From: Cenococcum geophilum
Lineage: Eukaryota
Direction: 5' to 3'
DNA: 64,000 nucleotides
Assembly (NCBI GenBank): GCA_050273025.1
Contig: CP158635.1
Coordinates: forward strand, 25,482,001-25,546,000
Position numbers and translations under genes: made by a program. Within the stretch, counting starts at the first letter, position 1. The number at the start of each line of letters is the position of its first letter. Shown one piece after another: positions 58,266-64,000 of the stretch. The notes under the pieces are model-generated. The model did no database searches and was not told the origin of the DNA. It worked only from the letters and a program-made list of their open reading frames with translations.

Positions 58266-61200
58266 TCAGTGATCTTGCCCAGTAGTAGTAGCAGCAATAT
58301 CCGATGCTTTCGTTCCCACTACCTCCTCAATGATTGCCGCAAAGTCAACAGACGCCTCGACTTTCTCCACAAACAGCTCCTGGCCTTGTTCGCTTTCCAA
58401 GCGCGGTGCTTGTATCGGATCACTGCCATCGAAAATCGATGTACCGCTCCACAAGCCAATAGTAGATGTAGCTGGATCCTCATATAAGGAGAATATGTTA
58501 TGGGGAGGTGAGCTCGGCAGTGGCAAATCACAGCTTAGAAAGTCATCTGAGGTGAAATCGCTGAATTGCAGCGTGCTCCCACGCTTTCCAGGGGTGTCAA
58601 AAGTAGGAAACGCCGAGAAATCAAACCCTTGAGACGGGGAGCTGGCCAATCCATCGGATAAAAGCTGGTTCAGCTGAGCGGTAAACGGAGTCATTGGCGC
58701 CAACGTTCCACCTCTCGTTGCTCGAGATGGAGTATCGAACCCCACAAGATCCGCCGAAGTCCCAGGAAACCGCCTTGGCGTTAGTGCATTCCTTCCCGAT
58801 TTCGGAGTCGGGGTCTTCAGGAGCCCGGAAAATGAATGACCACTTCTTGGGGTGGTCTGTAAAGTGTTCATTTCATGGTCCTCGAACAGATGCGCAAGAT
58901 CATCTTGACCGTCCAAGGGTGGGGGGCAGTTCTCTTTATTGTTCTCTTCCGAGCTATTAGGATCTGGATTTGGTATTGACGACTTTTTGTCGGACGTCGA
59001 TCCAGTTCCAGTAAGTTTTGGCGATTCTAACTTAGGCAAATCACCAAGAGATTTAACCTCGCCTTCCTTTCGAGGCGAAGGGAACAGAAGCCGTCTTGTT
59101 GGCGTGGGCGTTAAGTCAGGCTCTAGCTCAATCGGGCTATGCTTCGTCCCAAGAAATCTTGCTGGACTTGACTGTATAGCTCTTCTTAGTGCAGCCACGG
59201 CAGCGGTATCGTCTAGCTGATTTGTATTGCTAGTTGTGTGGCTGGAGGGTTGCACACTTGAAGCCCTAGGTCGTGTTGTGCGGGATGTTTCTACGGGTTC
59301 AGATTGATGCGACGGCCTAAAGTGGGTCTCTGCATGGTCAATCGATGTAAGTTGATCGGTAAAGTTTGAGGAAGACGGTTCCTGGGCAACTTCAAATCTG
59401 GAGTCCATTTGATTTCCTTGTCGTCTCTTTCGCGAGGTTTTCTCGACGGGTTTTGTCCTCTTTCTCTTATTTTTGTCACCAGATTTCTCGGCGGCCTTCT
59501 CAGCGGCCTTCTCCCATATTTCCGGTGGGCGCATGCTGCCTTTTTTATTAAACCAGAGGCCACAAGCTGATACAGTCAGCCTAATTACCATAAAGAAAGG
59601 GAATCCATATGGATACTCACGATTGCAAAGTTGAAGCATTTGGAATGTTCCGGAATCGCGCTCGTCAGATGTCAGTGACTGCTTAAAAATGCGATACTGT
59701 TGTAGGATATCTTCGCCTTCTCCCCCTTTGACAATTTCAAACCCGACAATCCCATACTCTTCAGAAGAGGCCTCGAGGTCGTCCGGCGATCCTTGCTCTA
59801 GTCTAGTGTACGCTTTCCGCCAAGTAGGTGTTTGTATCTCACCGCAGTTGTGACAATACGGAGGCATTTGCCCAGCAGCCACTGAAGATTCCAACTTTTC
59901 CTTGATGTGCTTACTGCGTCTTGTTCCAGAGCCACTGCGCGGCTGTGGTAAAGTTATTCCGATCTCTTCCCCAACGGGAGCTGACGCTATATCGGAGTAA
60001 AACTCCTGCGGAGTGTCGCCAGACCACGTCTGTGATCGTGGAAGGTGTCTAGGCTTTGGGGCTGCGGTACGTTTCCGAGTAGCCGGGCGAGGCGTGGTAG
60101 AGCGTCTAGTGAGTTGGTTTGTTGTATCGTTCTGTGACAAAGATGAGAAGATGAATGTCGATGTTGTCATGTTCATGTTTACCTTTGAAGATTCTTGTAA
60201 AAGCTGAGAGAAGGGCGCTAGAGGTTGGTTTTTGGGCACTAAGCTTGATGAGTTGTTTTGAGGAAGAGGAGAAGATGGTGAAGGGCCAGCTTCACGATTG
60301 GGTATAACTTTGCTCAGAGACTCTACAGTTGTAGACCCGGTACGCTGCTGCCGGGAGTTCATAGATCGAGGCGGCATTTTTGTCGGCAATAGTTCAGGGG
60401 GACCCGGTACGACCGCTGTCCAAGGATAGTTTGATCGGTCTATTTTTGCGCGTGTTCTTGGAGGAGCTTGCACAGGTAGATCACTTCCGTCGATTTCTCT
60501 GCCTACGTCTCCGTCGTCTTCGCGATCGAATACAGAATCACTCATAAATCCTGAGTCGCCAGGGAAAGGAAGGGCTGGGAGCCCAGGGCTAGAGGGCACT
60601 GATGAATTATTGCCTTGCGGCATAAGAGGTGGGGAGGAAGGAAAATCCATCGGGGTGTCACCAATGCTGCCACCCTGCTCATCATCTGCCGAATCAACAG
60701 CTACGTCGGAGATTTGACCAGCTTCAGCATATGGCGAAACATATCGCGTGTCGTCGCTTTTGGTGGACCCATGTCTTAGTGAACTTCCAACAGAAGGGCG
60801 AGTCTGGGGACGTTGCCGAGCCAATTTTGTGCCTTCTGGACGAGGAGTTGGCGCCCTTGGAGGTGGTTCTATGGAGTTGGTAATTGACGCAGAGGGGTTG
60901 GTAGGAATAGGACGGTGAACGCGTATTGATGCAGCGGCGCTTGCAGTTACCCGAAGTGAGTCAGCATTGGTGCCGAAAGATGATTTCCCTCGCCAGTTAG
61001 TTTGTGTGATTCGAGCTCTTTTTCGCGCCGGTCCCTCCTCATTCGGGTCTTGAGTAGTGTTGGAATCAAATGACTCATGCCCTGGCCTTAAGGGGCGTTC
61101 ACTTCTAACCGAAGCACGGGAACCAGGTCGAGAGCCAAGATCCTGTGTAATTTGTTGCAGAGCAGTACATGATCGTAAGCTAGGCGTCGGACTTGCAGCT

Positions 61201-62153
61201 CTGCTCGCCTGAGCGCTGTACAGTTCGCAATTCCTGAAGTCATACCCGTCACCTCTCGTCTCTTTTTCGGAAGTAATTGCTTGCGTAAGCATCTGGTGTA
61301 TAGATTCAACTCCTCCCATAGTGTCGTGCTGATTTACATTTGATATGAGGGTTGACTCTTGTCCAGCCAGGTGCCCAAGACCAGGATTTGCCTTAAGAAA
61401 TGCGACCCAAGCACTGTGATCGAATCCTTCGGGCATTATTTTGCTTAAGCTACGGTACTTTTCCATATTTTCCAAGTATTCGCTTTGTAGACAGGTGGGT
61501 ACCGGCACTAGTTTGAGTTTGACCTCCAAAGTCTCTTTTATACCATTCGAGAAGAGACCAAGAATATTCTTACACACACGGCCGGTTATCATGGTCTTGG
61601 ATTGGTGGGCGGGTGCTGTTGGGGTGGATGAAGCTGAAGCCAGAACCCAAGAAAGCATTCCTTGGCCGACGAGTGGTGTTTCGTACTCTGAGTAGTCATA
61701 GGCATAGACGGTGTAGTCATGCCCAAGTTTTGCAACCAATTCGGGGCTAGATAGGAAAGAACTGTAAGCAGGGGTCCATAGAAACAACACTAGGAAGTTG
61801 TTAAAGCCAGAATTTCATATACCAACCTAGCTGCCACAATAGCCTGAATGCAGGTCTTGAGTTCTATTACGCCTACTTGTGTGGTTTCGTCGATGGACAC
61901 TGTGGGAATGTTCAACGCGTTGGGTAAACGCGCTAGGCAATTCGACTTGTTCTGGTCGTCAAATGTGTAGAGTACCTTGACTGTGATGAAGAAAACAATT
62001 AGAAAATATCTTCAGCCTAAATGTTAAGAGTATCCAACCTCGCATGAGCCGCCGCGGTATGCCGGAGGTGGAATCCTCATCGTCGTCAAAAGTAGTCGAA
62101 GCGGGTATAGGTTGAGGAGAATCGTGCCCCCGAAAAGTAGAGGGTGAAGACAT
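58266..62153 (-). CDS. ams2: Ams2/Spt21-family GATA-type transcription factor (3 introns)
   Basis: N-terminal VKVLYTFD..NCLAR..LKTCIQAIVAAS|PELV..DYTVYAYDYSE..PLVGQG domain and zinc finger CHNC..TPTWRK..LCN|PCGLW. Confidence 0.88.
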
Positions 62154-62629
62154 GACCCTCAGCTGTTTAAGTTGCAAGAGGTTGCCCAAAGGTGAGAGGC
62201 AGTAACAAGGTGGTTATGGGTGCGAAGGATACGTGGGTCGATATCATAAAGCGAGAGGTTGGTGTTGGTACATCGCGAAGCGCGTCTGGTTGAGCACAGG
62301 GAACCAAAAAAAAAAAGAAAAGCAGACGATTCGCGAAGAATCATAAAAGAAAATGGAAGCAGCTAGATATTCCGGAGCTTGATTTGCATCGTGGAGAGGA
62401 GTGAGGCTTGAATTGTGGTGTGTTTTGCAGTTGAAAGGTCTTTGACATGCCTTTGGAGCTAGTTACAATGATGCTCGTGCTCCTCACGACGTGCACTGAC
62501 CACCTTCGCGGAGACCGCGCGAGGAGCATGCCCCTTCCGATAATTTTTCCGAGCCAAGACTGAACTTCAACTACTCCACTAAGTGATATTAAAAGTCTCT
62601 GCCAGGTCGTAAACATAGAATAATACACA

Positions 62630-63175
62630 ATGGCCGATGCAAAGATTCAGTAAGATACCATAAGGCTCTGTGCACTACGCTCCTCTTACTGATATGTCCC
62701 AGGGAACTCCTCAATAAGCCGCGCGCCGAACTCACGTATGTCCTCTCGCGTCTCTGCCTGGTAGACCGCACGACCTCAAGCCAACATTAAAACTAATAAC
62801 TCATTTTCCGCAGCGAATATGAGATCGCCCAGCTAGAGGAGCACGAGTTCGCCTCTGGCCCCCTCTCAATCCTTCAAACAGCTGTCCGATCCCGCACACA
62901 GGTGCTCATCTCATGTCGAAACAACCGCAAGCTGCTTGCCCGCGTGAAGGCGTTTGATCGCCACTGCAACATGGTCTTAGAAAACGTGAAGGAAATGTGG
63001 ACGGAGACGCCAAGGTTAGCTTCAGGAAAGAAGGGCAGACCGGTTAATAAGGATCGCTTCATCAGTAAACTGTAAGTGTTCGTATGCTAGGCGATTGCAG
63101 CGCAGCTTAAGAAGGTTTCTAATATTGCGTAGCTTCCTCCGAGGGGATTCGGTTATCCTTGTTCTGCTGAGTTGA
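62630..63175 (+). CDS. SMD2: Small nuclear ribonucleoprotein Sm D2 (3 introns)
   Basis: [71 protein letters not shown]. Confidence 0.97.
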
Positions 63176-63323
63176 GATGGTTGGTGGAGCTTGTCTGGGA
63201 TTGTTTCTGGGGTAAAATACAGCGGGTTGGCGTTCTGAAGCTACACAATGGATGAAGCTACATGCAAGATTTCAAAATAATGGTCATCATATGTTCTCAT
63301 GCTGCGGGACTCGTATCTCATGC

Positions 63324-64000
63324 TCACTGCAGACCTTCGCTCAGACCCACCAAGAACTCTGCCAATCCGTGCGCACCAGGATCGGGAACTCCTTGCCATC
63401 CCTCTCCTCCAACATATACGGTGCGACCCAGGCTGGCTCTCATGCCCCTTGTGCCTTTTGCACCGGCTTCTGCAGCTAGCGCCGCAGATTTGACATCACC
63501 TGTCTTGGATAAGGTCCCTACGAAAGGATACAAAGCATCGATCAGAGTTCGGTCGCCGGGCCGGGCCGGGGTATATTTGCTAAGAGTATCGAGTGAAGAC
63601 TGCAGAGCCTTGCTCCAGACCTCCGCGGTGGCTGGGCTCGGCGATGAAGGTGATTGCAGTCGTAGACCATGCGCCAGGGCGTTCAGGAATATAGCATAGA
63701 TCGCCCCTGAAGTCCCGTCCATGTTCGTCTCCACGACGTGAGTAATATTATGAACGAGGATGGTAGCGTCATCAGCCTTTTTCGTTCTATCAAGCATCTT
63801 AAGGATAGCTTTCTTGATATAAGTAAAAAGCCTTCTATATAAATGACTGAAAACTCACCTTCAGCACCCCGCTTCAGCCCAATTCCACAATCGCCATCCC
63901 CGACAATCGTGTCATAATTGGTGATGTCCGGTTCTGCCGCAATGACTCTCATCAATGCAGACTTCAAAGCCTTCTTCGCAAGAGCAGGGTCCACTAATGA
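63324..64000 (-). CDS. DAK1: Dihydroxyacetone kinase, C-terminal DhaL/Dak2 domain (partial)
   Basis: DTIVGDGDCG, MDGTSGAIY, GDRTLIDAL, GRTVYVG..PDPGA. Intron near 63808-63858. Confidence 0.93.

Noticed and set aside
47200..64000. Numerous overlapping antisense or alternate-frame ORFs
   Set aside because: They are shadows of the GC-balanced core genes already annotated.

Overview
Filamentous ascomycete (Pezizomycotina) DNA in two parts. Bases 1-33.5 kb are an AT-rich block destroyed by RIP (repeat-induced C->T/G->A mutation). Hand translation with RIP reversed shows a DUF3435 tyrosine-recombinase (Starship captain-type) pseudogene at 1-2.3 kb. About 0.8 kb upstream of it lies a pseudogene with the nuclease, Cys-cluster and kinase domains of Spok spore-killer (meiotic drive) proteins at 3.1-5.0 kb. 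These are followed by a nest of Copia and Gypsy LTR retrotransposons at least four levels deep; three of the nested insertions have verifiable 5-bp TSDs. Bases 33.5-46 kb are a transition zone with MITEs, a young lightly RIPped Copia with a non-canonical LTR end, a pogo remnant and three accessory-looking genes. Bases 47-64 kb are ordinary core genes: PIF1, PUB1, a hypothetical gene, a tandem F-box-like gene, an Ams2/Spt21 GATA factor, SMD2 and a DAK. The most interesting signal is the dead Spok + Starship captain pair, which the ORF track misses. All family assignments come from motifs recognised by eye, not database searches, and pseudogene ends are approximate.
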